Shown here piece after piece: positions 1 through 13,695 of a stretch of 64,000 bases of DNA. Each line of letters opens with the position of its first letter. The first letter of the stretch is position 1. Below the pieces are notes generated by a model that did no database searches, was not told the DNA's origin, and saw only the letters and a list, made by a program, of their open reading frames with translations. The stretch comes from the human T2T-CHM13v2.0 reference genome, Homo sapiens. The stretch lies in NCBI RefSeq assembly GCF_009914755.1, contig NC_060929.1; one strand, 5' to 3'. The position numbers and the translations under genes were made by a program.

Positions 1-1
1 C

Positions 2-183
2 CAGAACCAGCTACACAATTTTCAGAGCCCAGTGCAAAAGAAAATACTGGGCCGTTTGTTCAAAACTTATTAAGAATTTCAAGATAGCAACAGCAGAGTA
101 TTAAAACTAAGTGGGTGGGGCCTTCTGAGCATAAGACTCTGTGCAACTGTGTAGTAAGCCACACGCCCAATAAAGCTAGTCCT
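2..183 (-). mobile_element. MER45A-like hAT-Tip100 DNA transposon fossil
   Basis: Resembles the reverse complement of the MER45A consensus (ggcccagtgcaaaatgaaaat...ttgttcaaaa.ttattaagaatttcaaga...cagcagag). Confidence 0.75.
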
Positions 184-617
184 TCCTATATAGGATCATT
201 TGTTTATAAAAAAAGAATTGGTGGGACCTGGGAGAATACATTCATTTTACAGTTCATGGTAGCCAATGAAAAGTATGCCATAGATTTTAGAGAGATGGTC
301 ATTAAAAAAATCAGAAAAAGTATGTATGAATTCATAGCATGTATCTTAGGCCATAGAGAGACAGAGAGGAAGTTCTTGAAAACTTTAATTTTCATTTCAA
401 AATTGCATACGAGAAAACATAGGGCAGGTATACGAAAAAAAAAAGCTGATTATAGTGGCTTTCTCAGATGAGTTCAAATTTTAAAGAACTTGTATATGAG
501 AGAAAAACAAGGGCATGAACCCAAAGGTGAGTGTCACAGGGTACTATAATTGTACAGAACAAGACCAGGCTTATCAAAGTTCAGAATGATCTGAGTCTTG
601 GGGAAAAGTTTCACTCT

Positions 618-644
618 CACACACACACACACACACACACACAC
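618..644. repeat. (CA)n microsatellite
   Basis: Direct read of the sequence. Confidence 0.95.
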
Positions 645-929
645 GTGGGATCTTTGTAAGCTCTATTAGAACAAGAGCAAGGAAAGGATGTCAACCGCAA
701 GTTAAGGAGTTATAGGCATAAAATGACAATGCCTGGATGGTAAAGTAGCAGGGATGCTTTTGCTCCTGTCTGACTAGCTAAATTGTGAGAGTGCTGGGTA
801 GTGGATAGGAGGTAGCCTGAGAAAAATTTTCGGATACATTTTCCAAAACTCTTTTCTATAGTCTGTTCTTCACAACATATCAGTGACTTACATTGAGATA
901 AAGTGGTGAATTACGTGAAAGTTTCTTGA

Positions 930-1250
930 AGCTGAGAGACAGCTAGTATTTTCAGTGAAGGAACCGTTATCTTACACAATCTTAATAACTAGAATCATAG
1001 GTCAAATTGGATAAGATGAGTAAGAATCAGTGCAAAGTTCTAATGTTTGGTCAAAAAAATCAACTGCAAAAATATAATACAAAAGAGACGTGACTTATCA
1101 ACAAAGACTTAGGTTTGTCCAACATCGATGTGATTAGGTTAATCATAGATGTATGCCATTGAATAACAAACGAGAGGACAGTGCTGTGGGCAGATCACAC
1201 CTGATGTCCTGGGTATAATTCTGAGGGTCAAGATGGAAGACAGTGACACC
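930..1250 (+). mobile_element. Degraded L3/CR1 LINE remnant, resuming at about 2290-2440
   Basis: cagtgcaaagttctaatgtttggtcaaaaaaatcaactgca and gaaaagagaagact...atcttcagttattttgaagga resemble CR1/L3 3' ORF2 sequence. Confidence 0.45.
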
Positions 1251-1299
1251 TGTAAATTACAGCCACAAAGAAGAGGCTGAACATATGACTAGACTAAGC

Positions 1300-2129
<830 letters not shown>

Positions 2130-2899
2130 GATAGTATTTTTTTCTCCGGGGGTCTACAGGACATGAATAAATTAGAGAATTTGAAGGTGCAGGCAATATT
2201 CTGCTTGCCATCCTGGGTAGTGTTTAGACAGGTGTTTATAATTACACATTATGCTAATCATTTATAGGGCTGTACATTATATCTAATATTCACAAATTTG
2301 GAAAGGTTAAAAAAGATAAGGGCTTCACAGCTGTGTGAAGATGTTAAAAAGTATCTTAAAGTGTAAAACCCAGAAAAGAGAAGACTCGCTGAGAGCCTGA
2401 CAATTATCTTCAGTTATTTTGAAGGATATTATGCTATAGTGGAAATTTTGTTTTTGTTTACTTCACACTCTTCTTTCTCTGGGTTCTGAGACCTGTTTTC
2501 CTGGAAATCGCCCCTTCCACTTTTCCCTTCTCATTTCAATCCCATGGTTGACAGCACCCACTTCAATACTGTGTGATCCCCTCCTCACCCACCTTTCCCT
2601 CTCCCTACCCCACATAGCCACCATGTATTAGTTGAGAGAATACCTGACTCTGATTAGGTCATGAGAGTTCATTCTCTATAAATTTACATTCAGGATCCAA
2701 TAGGGCAACTAGAATTTATTGACTGAGTCAAGGTAAAATGTTTGACTATGTAGAAACAATTACAGTGATACTTTCTCATAAGGTACTTACTGCCAGCTGC
2801 TTGAAGGTGTTTAAGTATGGCCTGAATGTCTAAGAAAGAAATGCAAATGAACAGAATATAGGAATAGCTTTGCAAAAACAAACAGAAAAACTCCTGTGA

Positions 2900-3243
<344 letters not shown>

Positions 3244-4114
3244 TCCATACATCCTCTTTTACCATTAAATGCCTTTATTTAAACATAATGTTTCCCTAAA
3301 TTTAAAGTATTTCATTCATCTCCGCAAACTTCAGGAAATATGTCTGATATAAGATTAATTTGTACTCACATTTAGATTTAAAAATGTTACAATTATACTA
3401 TGTTGTCCCCTTTATTGTTTAATCTCTGTCTATATATGTGTGTGTGTGTGTGTGTGTGTATAAAGATTAAACACACATATATGGACAGAGATTAAACAGA
3501 ATACATACTTATATATGTATTACACACACATATTTATATTTTAATAAGCCTACATCATGCCTTGATCTCTATATTTTTATTTCTTGAATTCAACTGTGTG
3601 AGCATGTTTGTCATTTCATGTGTTGTATCTTCAAACTCCCAGCACCTTTTTCTATCTTGTACCTTTTAATTATTTCCTTAAGAAGGAAAAACATGATTTA
3701 TAAACAGGCATAACGTGCTGACTTTAAATACCAAGATTATATTTTCTAAAACAAGAAACCAACATGGTAGAACTACCACTGACTAAACAACATTAATTGT
3801 TGATGACAGGTTTCCTTTGGTGGATGGGCACAGAATTCTTCAGGTAAGAACTCTCATTAATCCAATGGAAAGACTGTGCTAAAATTTAGATTGTTACTCT
3901 AATGATAAATTATTATCATTAGATAAATAATGATAAATTGTTACTCTAATGAAAAATTATTCCTATGTTGTGTTCCATTATTTGAAAAAGGAAAGAGAGA
4001 AATATTAAGAGATGGGAGAAGTGTACATTATGTGTTATCCATTATTTAAAATAATCAAGCAGTTCTTGATTATTTTAAATAATGTTATCCATTATTTAAA
4101 ATAATCAAGATCCC

Positions 4115-4456
4115 TACTTGCTGACGTTTGTGCAGTATTCACTCTCTTGAATATGCGCTGCACATATCAACTCATTTCTAATGACCAGAATATGGCAAAG
4201 TGACATGATATTACTTCTAAGATTAGGTTAGATAAAGACTTTGGCTTTCATCTTGTGCATACTCACTTTTTCTCTCTTGGATTGCTTATCTGAGAAAATC
4301 CAGTTGTCACGTTGGGAGGCATCCCTGTGGAGAGGCCCAAAAATGAAGAACTGGAGCCTTCCCACAGCCATATTCATGAGCTTGAAAGTAGATCCCATCT
4401 CCAACCCAAGCTTTAGATGAGATTATTGCCCTAACTGATACCTTGACTGCTGCTAC
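4115..4456 (+). mobile_element. MLT1F-like MaLR LTR, 5' part (split by LTR12C)
   Basis: MLT1 motifs (agaatatggcaaag, gattaggtta, ctgtggagaggccca). The element resumes at 6009. Confidence 0.7.
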
Positions 4457-6004
4457 TGAGAGGTGACAGCGTGCTGGCAGTCCTCACAGCCCTTGCTCGC
4501 TCTCGGCACCTCCTCTGCCTAGGCTCCCACTTTGGCAGCACTTGAGGAGCCCTTCAGCCCGCCGCTGCACTGTGGGAGCCCCTTTCTAGGCTGGCCAAGG
4601 CCGAAGCCGGCTCCCTCAGCTTGCAGGGAGGTGTGGAGGGAGAGGCGCGAGCGGGAACCGGGGCTGCGAGCAGAGCTTGCAGGCCGGCTGGAGTTCCAGG
4701 TGGGCGTAGGCTTGGCGGGCCCCGCACTCGGAGCAGCCGGCCGGCCCTGCCGGCCCCGGGCAATGAGGGTCTTAGCACCCGGGCCAGCGGCTGCAGAGGG
4801 TGTACTAGGTCCCCCAGCAGTGCCGGCCCACCGGCGGTGCGCTCCATTTCTCGCCCGGCCTTAACTGCCTGCCCACGGGGCAGGGCTCAGGACCTGCAGC
4901 CCGCCATGCCTGAGCCCCCCCTCCCCCTGCGTGGGCTCCTGTGCGGCCTGAGCCTCCCCGAGGAGCACCGCCCCCTGCTCCATGGCACCCAGTCCCATCG
5001 ACCACCCAAGGGCTGAGGAGTGCGGGCACACGGCGCAGGACTGGCAGGCAGCTCCACCTGCAGCCCCAGTGCAGGATCCACTGGGTGAAGCCAGCTGGGC
5101 TCCTGAGTCTAGTAGAACCTTACAGAACCTTTATGTCTAGCTCAGGGATTGTAAATACACCAATTGGCACTCTGTATGTAGCTCAAGGTTTGTAAACACA
5201 CCAATCAGCACCCTGTGTCTAGCTCAAGGTTTGTGAGTGCACCAATGGGACACTCTGTTATCTAGCTACTCTAGTAGGGCCTTGGAGAACCTTTATGTCT
5301 AGCTCAGGGATTGTAAATACACCAGTCGGCAGTCTGTATCTAGCTCAAGGTTTGTAAATACACCAATCAGCACCCTGTGTCTAGCTCAGGGTTTGTGAAT
5401 GCACCAATCGACACGCTGTATCTAGCTAATCTGGTGAGGATGTGGAGAACCTTTGTGTGCAGCTCAGGGATTGTAAACGCACCAATCAGCACCCTGTCAA
5501 AACAGACCACTGGGCTCTACCAATCAGCAGGATGTAGGTGGGGCCAGATAAGAGAATAAACGCAGGCTGCTGGAGCCAGCATTGGCAACCCGCTTGGGTG
5601 CCTTTACACACTGTAGAAGCTTTGTTCTTTAGCTCTTTGCAATAAATCTTGCCACTGCTCACTCTTTAGGTCCACACCGCTTTTATGAGGTGTAACACTC
5701 ACTGCAAAGGTCTCCAGCTTCACTCCTGAAGCCAGCAAGACCTCGAGCCCACCGGGAGGAACGAACAACTCCAGACGCGCTGCCTTAAGAGCTGTAACAC
5801 TCACTGCGAAGGTCTGCAGCTTCACTCCTAAAGCCAGCGAGACCACGAACCCACCAGAAGGAGGAAACTCCGAACACATCCGAACATCAGAAGGAACAAA
5901 CTCCAGACGCGCCAACTTAAGAGCTGTAACACTCCCAGCGAGGGTCCGCAGCTTCATTCTTGAAGTCAGTGAGACCAAGAAAGAACCCTCTGATTCCGGA
6001 CGCA
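4457..6004 (+). mobile_element. Solo ERV9 LTR (LTR12C)
   Basis: Starts TGAGAGGTGACAGCGTGCTGGCAG and ends TTCCGGACGCA, with a 4-bp TSD CTAC (4453-4456 and 6005-6008). It has a GC-rich U3, tandem CCAAT enhancer repeats and U5 repeats. Confidence 0.95.
5120..5600 (+). promoter_or_regulatory. ERV9 LTR enhancer repeats and core promoter
   Basis: Seven CCAAT boxes (5160-5524), then AGATAAG and the AATAAA TATA-like box (5555-5560), which is the known ERV9 architecture. Activity is not shown by the sequence. Confidence 0.7.
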
Positions 6005-6008
6005 CTAC

Positions 6009-6151
6009 CTCATGAGGTACTTTGAGCCAGAGGCACACTGTTAATCTCTACCCGTATTTTCAACTCATAGAAACTGTGAGATGATCAATATTTGTGTTGT
6101 AAACTACTAAATTTGAGATAATTTGCTATGCAGTGACAGATAGCTAATACA
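6009..6151 (+). mobile_element. MLT1F-like MaLR LTR, 3' part
   Basis: MaLR 3' terminus gaaactgtgaga...gatagctaataca. Confidence 0.7.
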
Positions 6152-6189
6152 TGTGTACCAGCAACATTGAAATATTGGGAGAAGGCATA

Positions 6190-6688
6190 CGGTAGTCTCC
6201 CCTTATCCATGGGGGAATATGTTCCAAGAATCTGGTGGATGCCTAAAACCATGCAGAGTAACAAACCCTAGCCAAAGAACACCAAGGTCACCTTTTCAGT
6301 TAAAGGAAGCTCTTTATGGCTTCTCTTTAGCGTATTCAAATTTCCAGCATTACTACTCTTGTACTTTGGAGCCATTGTTAACTAAAGAGTTACTTGAACA
6401 CAGACTGCAATACTGAGATAGTGTGCCTGATAACTGAGATGGCTACTAAGTAACTAATAGGCCAGTAGCATCTACGGCATGGAGATGCTGAACAAAGGAA
6501 TGATTCATGTCATACACATAATGGAGCAGGACAGTGCAAGATTTTATCATGATGCTCAGAAGAGTGCAAAATTTAAAACTTTAAAATTGTTTATTTGTGG
6601 AATTTTCCATTTAATATTTTTGGACCATAGTTGACTGCAGGTAGCTAAAACTGCAGAAAAGGAAACCATGGGTAATAGGAGACTATGG
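6190..6688 (-). mobile_element. MER44-family (Tigger7-derived) TcMar transposon
   Basis: TIR-like cggtagtctccccttatccatgg, TA flanks, and internal match to MER44. Confidence 0.8.
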
Positions 6689-6739
6689 TATTTAATAATA
6701 TTCTATTTATGATCTACCTACAAAAGTAAGGCAAAGGGC

Positions 6740-7232
6740 TGAGGAGCAGAAAATTGCCCACCCCGCCCCAGATGTCCACAGCCTAATCCATGGAACCTGT
6801 CAATATGATACTTTGCATGGTAAAAGGGACTTGGCAGACGTAATTTAGTTAAGGATCTCAACACGGGAAGACTATCCTGGCTTGTCCAGTGGGCAATGTA
6901 ATCACAATGGTCATTATAAAATTGAAGCACAAGAGTCAGCATCAGAAAACAAGATGTGACAATGAAAGGAGAACTTGAAGTAATGTGCTTTAAAGAGGAA
7001 GAAAACGTTATGCATCAAGGAATGCAGAGGCCTCCAGAAGCTGGAAAAAGCAAGGAAATGGATTTTCCTCTAGAACCTGCACTCGGAATGCAACTCTGCT
7101 AACACTGTGATTTCATCTTGGTGAAACTGATGTTGGACTTTTATCTCTAGAACTGTATAAGAACAAGTTTGTATTCTTGTAAACTACTTGGTTTGTGGTA
7201 ATTTGTTATGGCAACAATAGAAAACCAATAGA
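6740..7232 (+). mobile_element. MLT1C/D MaLR LTR
   Basis: ggtaaaagggacttggcagacgtaatt...ccagaagctggaaaaagcaaggaaatggattttcctctagaacc...gaaaaccaataga. Confidence 0.85.
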
Positions 7233-7458
7233 GTTTTTTGGTGAACATCTCACTTAATTTTATGTAATTATCTCTGTATATTATTGCATTGGAATCCACA
7301 TTTTGCACTGGCAAAACTAAGGGTTTAAGACTGCAGATTTGCAGATTGTATAAAAAGTTAAAGTTCAAACGAGACTTTAAGAAATATCACTTCCCTCCCT
7401 CTTCTATCTCTAGTCCTGCAGCATCTCACAATTTCTCACTCCAGGACTCAAGGGGTCA

Positions 7459-7783
<325 letters not shown>

Positions 7784-8183
7784 TAGTGATAGAAGCTAAG
7801 ACTGATGAACACATGAGACTTAAAGCTATGTGAAGGCAAGAGCCATTTCTCTTTTAATCACCACTGTGAAGTCATCCAATAGTACAACACCAGCCTATTG
7901 CAATGACTTGATAAATATCTGTTGAACATTGTTCAGTGCACACCCTGAAAACAGAAATTGTCAGAACTTACATATAATAGTAAGATAGATGGATTTGGGT
8001 TGAGAAAACCTATCTAGGCTTTACTTCATGGCACGCCCAGCTTTTCCTCTTGAGATATAGACTACCTGAAACAAAACCAGGACATTTTTAACCTGTCCCA
8101 TTGTGTGCCCTTTGACTCAGTTCACCAGGGAATGAATGCTTTAACCAGATGACTAGGGCAGGGTTGGTCTCTCTTTCACATAG

Positions 8184-8578
<395 letters not shown>

Positions 8579-8786
8579 TAGGCCCATTTAAATGCAGCAA
8601 CTCCAAATGTATTATAGTCTCCATGTGCAAATGTTTGTACATTAGGGTAAAGACAGGAGAATTCCCGTAACTCTACATAATGTCTCATGTATTCCAATTT
8701 TTCAGACTATCAAACAGTCATTTATGGGATGAGAAGAACAGGGCAAAACTGAAAAAAAAAAAGGTCTACCAAAAATTGATAGTTGA

Positions 8787-9212
8787 TGTATTAGTTTGTT
8801 CTTATATTGAACTAAAGAAATACCTGAGAGTTGGTAATTTATAAAGAAAAGAGGTTTAATTGGCTCATGTTACTGCACACTTTACAGGAAGCATGATGCT
8901 GGCATCTGCTTGGCTTCTGGGAAGGCCTCAGGAAACTTACAATTATGGCACAAGGCGAAGGGGAGAAGGCATATCACATGGTGGAAAGCAGGAGCCAGAG
9001 AGAGATGGGGGAGACGCCACAGACTTTTAAATGACCAGATTGCATGAGAACTCACTCACTATGACAAGGACAGTATCAAGGGTATTGTACTAAACCATTT
9101 GTGAGAAACCTGCCCCCATGATTCAATCACCTCCCACCTGGCCCTGCCTCCAACATTGGGTATTACAATTCAACATGAGATTTGGGTGGGGACTCACATC
9201 CAAACCATAGCA
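8787..9212 (-). mobile_element. MSTA/B MaLR LTR
   Basis: Termini tgtattagtt...caaaccatagca and the aggaagcatgatgctggcatctgct MST motif. Confidence 0.88.
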
Positions 9213-9349
9213 ATTGGACTGGGGCTTGTCTTTATCTTACTCTCTAGGTACAAATCTGAGAGTGGAATTTGAGTAGTACAAAGGTAAAAAGAAAATAAAG
9301 AAAAGTCTACATCCCTGGTCAAATTGGGGAGAAAAAGGAAAAGAAATCG

Positions 9350-10490
9350 TATTCTGAAGACTCAGAAGAGAAGCACATTGGTGGAAAATCGTGATCTAAT
9401 TATCTTAGAAGAACATTTTAAGATGATGTTGGCACTTTTATCAAATTAAATTAGATGTGGCTTCTTTGAAACAGAAATAAAAAGATATAAGAAGAGAATG
9501 GACTGAGATAAGAAGGAACAGTTCAATATTAAAAAAAGAGAAGAATAATATAGTAAAATATCTTCAAGAAACTAAAGTATTATAACAAATTAAAACTCAT
9601 ATTGCAGGAAATAGAGACCAAAATGATGCCATGAAAAAGCTAAAACAGGGTGTTGAGATCTAATTTGAGTGACTTTCTTGAAATGCAAAGGCTGGATAAA
9701 TGATAGATATGAACTAGACAGAGGGAAAATACAACAAAAATACAATTATTATTTATGAGGGAGGACAAAAATATGAAACAATGTTAAGAAACTTTTCAGA
9801 ACTAAAAAATATCCAGATATGCAGTTTTAAGAGTCAACTATCTTCTGGGCAAACTTAATCAAAGGAAATCTACACCTAAGTACCTCTGACGGTATTTTTA
9901 TCTACAAGAATTTTTTAACATCTGTAAGACCTCTAGATAAAAACATATCTTTATATCTATGTTTATATCTATACCTAGATATACCAGTCTGTGTCTATGT
10001 CTATATACCTACATCTATATCTATAACCAATAAATAATCAAAATTCAGATTGGGCCAAGACTTTTCTTCTCAGAAACATTTGCAAGAAAATCTAGGGCAA
10101 TATTTACATAGTTTGAGGGTGGGGAGGATATAACCAAACATTGTCTCAGGCCAAATTGATTATCATGTATAAAGGCAATAAAAATTCACGCTTATATTTG
10201 GAAGGACTCATAAAGTACATCACCCATTTATTTATCATTCTTCAGCAACTTGAAGAAACACATCCAATGATATAGCAATAAAAGGAAATTAAGCTTATGA
10301 GCAAAGAAATAATGTTTTTGAAGTAAGGGCATAGTACACGAAAGCTAATTTTAAAAAATGAATTATTTTAATGTGGATGCACAGCTCAATCAAAATTGCA
10401 AAAGTATTAATGAAGAAGACAGCAATTGCTCCATAAGTAACATATCCAAACTATACAAGTATATATTTGTACAAACATCACTAAAAGAAT
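9350..10490 (+). mobile_element. Highly degraded HAL1 or L1 ORF1-like remnant
   Basis: A-rich ORF1-like motifs (aaatctacacctaag, cagattgggccaagacttttc, gccaaattg...tgtataaaggcaat). Confidence 0.45.
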
Positions 10491-10498
10491 GTACATTT

Positions 10499-10803
10499 GG
10501 CTGGGCGCTGTGACTCATACCTGTAATCCCAGCACTTTGGGAGGCTGAGGCAAGTGGACCACCTGAGGTCAGGAGTTCAAGACCAGCCTGACCAACATGG
10601 CAAAACCCCGTCTCTACTAAAAATACAAAAATTAGCTGGGTGTGGTGGTGCATGTGTGTAGCCCCAGCTACTTGGGAGGCTGAGGGAGGAGAATTGCTTG
10701 AACCCGGGAGGCAGAGGTTTCAGTGAGCCAAGATCACGCTATTGTACTCCAGCCTGGGTAACAGAGCGAGACTCTGTCTCAAAAAAAAAAAAAAAAAAAA
10801 AAA
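10499..10803 (+). mobile_element. AluS (Sx/Sz-like)
   Basis: Full dimer with poly(A) and TSD AAAGAATGYACATT. Confidence 0.97.
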
Positions 10804-11242
10804 GAATGCACATTCAAGATCTATATATTATATTTAAAAATGAAAATACCTATAAATCCACCAATAGAAAAAGAATTAACCCCATTATTATGTGCATCAT
10901 TGTGATGAAAAATGGCATAGCTCTTAAAAGAGCATACCTGAAGAATAACAGTATGGCTGGAGAAGAGTATGTATGGGGAAATGTACACAATATATTTTAA
11001 GGAGGAAAGCAAGTTATAAAACAGTATGCATAAAATAACTATTTTTTTGTGAAAATGATGCATCTCTGTGCATGAAAGTATTCTAGAAAGTTTTACACTA
11101 TATTATCAGTACTGTTTTTCTCTGGGTAATTTTTTTCTTTTGAGATTTATGCATGTTTAATTTTTTTACCTTAAATATGTATCACTTTTGAACAAACAAC
11201 ATGTACATTCTCTGCTTCTGCAGCAAATAGGAAGATGAATAG

Positions 11243-11630
11243 TGATGGTGTGGATTTGTGTCCCTGCCCAAATCTCATGTGGAATTGTAACCCCCAGTGT
11301 TGGAGGAGGGGCCTGGTGGGAGGTGATTGAATCATGGGGGCAGATTTCCCCCTTACTGTTCTTGTGATAGTGAGTGGGTTCTCACGAGACCTGGTTGTTT
11401 AAAAGTGTGTAGCACCTCCTCCTTCACTCTCTCTTCCTCTTTCTCCAACCATATAAGACATATCTGCTTCCCCTTCCACCATGATTTTAAGTTTCCTCAG
11501 GCCTCCCAGCCATGCGTCCTCTACAGCCTGCAGAACTGTGAGTCAATTAAACCTCTTTTCTTTATAAATATACAGTGTCACGTATATTTATATATGCTCT
11601 TTAAAAACAATGTGAGAACAGACTAATACA
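11243..11630 (+). mobile_element. MSTA-like MaLR LTR
   Basis: tgatggtgtggatttgtgtccctgcccaaatctcatg...gagaacagactaataca. Confidence 0.88.
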
Positions 11631-13529
11631 AGTACCCTTCTTTATTTTTCATAAGTTGCAGAAACAGTTGAACTTTAGCCACAAATTACTGTCAGAAAGA
11701 GCAGCACAACATCCAGTAGGTAAAACTGAAACCACGATTTTGAGGTAGGCAAGCATTCCCTGGCATTTAGACGGACAGTGCTAAATAATTCAGGTCACTG
11801 AGTCTTTCAGTTACCTGAGGTACATTTTCTGGTCAATGCCAGCTAATGTGTCCGTTATGATAACTGTGTTATCAGAATCCAGCTATGCCAGGTGCCACAT
11901 TCAAATTTTTTGAAAGTTCAGTTAGATAACTGTTAAAATCCGTGGTTAAAGTCCTCTGTCCTCTGTTTTGTATTCCCTGGAAACAATACCAGTTGACCAG
12001 AGTTGACATTCAAGGGATTACTCTTTCCCACCCTAAGGTCATCATTTCAAACCCACATTAATTCATTCATTTAATAGCGGGATTAGTCACAGAGTCTGTC
12101 CACAGGAAATAATTATTAAGTGCCAGACATAATTCTATCATCACATTCAGCATGGTAGTGAATAAGACACTCAGTTAATAAGATATCCACTCTCATGGAG
12201 TTTCTATCCTATTGTGAGAAGAGGGTCAATAAATAGGTAATACAATTTTTTCATGTTAAAAAAGTGTTTCTACATTTTTTAAAAAACGTCTACTTACACC
12301 ATGTGAAAGTGATTTTAAGTGAAAAATGCAATATTAATGGATGCATTGTTTTTATAGCAATATTCAATGTCTTTCCAGTATTACTCTGTGCATTAAGTGT
12401 GTATCAGCTCGAAGCACTAAATTTCTCCCACATCAGTGCTAGTGTGGGCTTGGTTTCCCTTAGCTCTTGTGCTGAGGCTTTTTGTTCCACACCACTCCTT
12501 CCCACTCTAAGGATTGAGGACCTTGCCCCATGTCCTGGCTGATGACAAGGATATTGTTCTCATGGGGCAGTTTCCAGCAGCATGAGAAGGGGTCCTTCTT
12601 GCTGAGTGGGCCACAGAAGACATGCCGGCAGCTGTAGATAAAAGGCCTTCACTTAAAGAGTTTTGAAGAATGAGGTCATGACTCCTTTGTCTAAGAGGAT
12701 GGAGAAGTCACCCTCGCCTTGCTTCCACCAGGATCCACTGGGCAGGACCTTCTCTCTTAGACTAGTGACCTCTTCCATGTTGATGATATTCACGCGCCCC
12801 TAGACAAGGAGCCTTATGGGGTCACAGAGATGGGGCCCAATGCCCTTGCATCTCTAATAACTTCCATGTCAAAAATTCTCCAGCAAGACTTTCCTTTTGA
12901 TTCTTAGAAGCCTAGTGTGGGACTTAAAAATGACTAAATGACTACCGAAAATAATTGTTTTTCTCCTTACATTTCTGCTACAACAACCCTAGTTCTCCTG
13001 GAGGCCACAGGGGTGCCCCAGACTGATGAAGAAAGAAAAGATTGGAAAGAGCAGCAAGAAAGCAATATCTCTAAGATTAGTATCTCAAGAACTCTTTCCA
13101 CCACACTCAGAACACAAATGTTAATCTCCACACTCATGCTGTTTTCTTTCCTGCCCGAGTTGTCATAACTTTGCTTTGGATCACAGTGGCTTCATTTCAG
13201 CTAGGTCTTCTACTGGCAGCTATTGATACTCCCTGCTGCTGATCAAACTTCCGGTTCTTAGATTGTTTATCTCTGGCATACAAGTCTGCTCTTGTAAGCC
13301 AACTTGAATTCCTTTGGGAAGTAGACACAGTATAAAAAAATTGATGAATAAAGAAATAACAATCTGGTCTCGGGGCATTGTGTTCTGAGGCAAAAATTTG
13401 CAAGTTTCAAATAAGCCTGTGCTCTAAAATGCCACTTATTTAAATATTAATAGTTTTATTTATTTAATGAAGGTGTTAAGCTTTAAAATTTGATTTCATG
13501 GGATCATCCTAACCTAACCAGTTTTCAGT

Positions 13530-13695
13530 TGTATGATTTAACTTCTTCGTTACTTAACACCTCAATCTCCTCCTCAATAAAACAGAAATAGTAGTAATTT
13601 TGCTCTGATAAGGTAGTTGTAAATTTACATAAACTATATGTAAAATGCTTGCTATAGTCCCTGAAACTTACTGGGTGTCAGCTATTGTGATTATT
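13530..13695 (+). mobile_element. MIR remnant
   Basis: MIR core and tail similarity (ttacttaac.cctcaatctcctc...taaaatgcttgc). Confidence 0.55.

Noticed and set aside
115-471. 118-aa ORF at the window start
   Set aside because: It begins within MER45A, has no recognisable domain and has no splice support.
5120-5960. Repeat-spacer-like arrays resembling CRISPR
   Set aside because: These are the normal ERV9 U3 and U5 tandem repeats in eukaryotic DNA, with no unique spacers or cas genes.
4532-6038. Cluster of GC-rich overlapping ORFs
   Set aside because: All lie inside LTR12C. They are by-products of GC content and tandem repeats.
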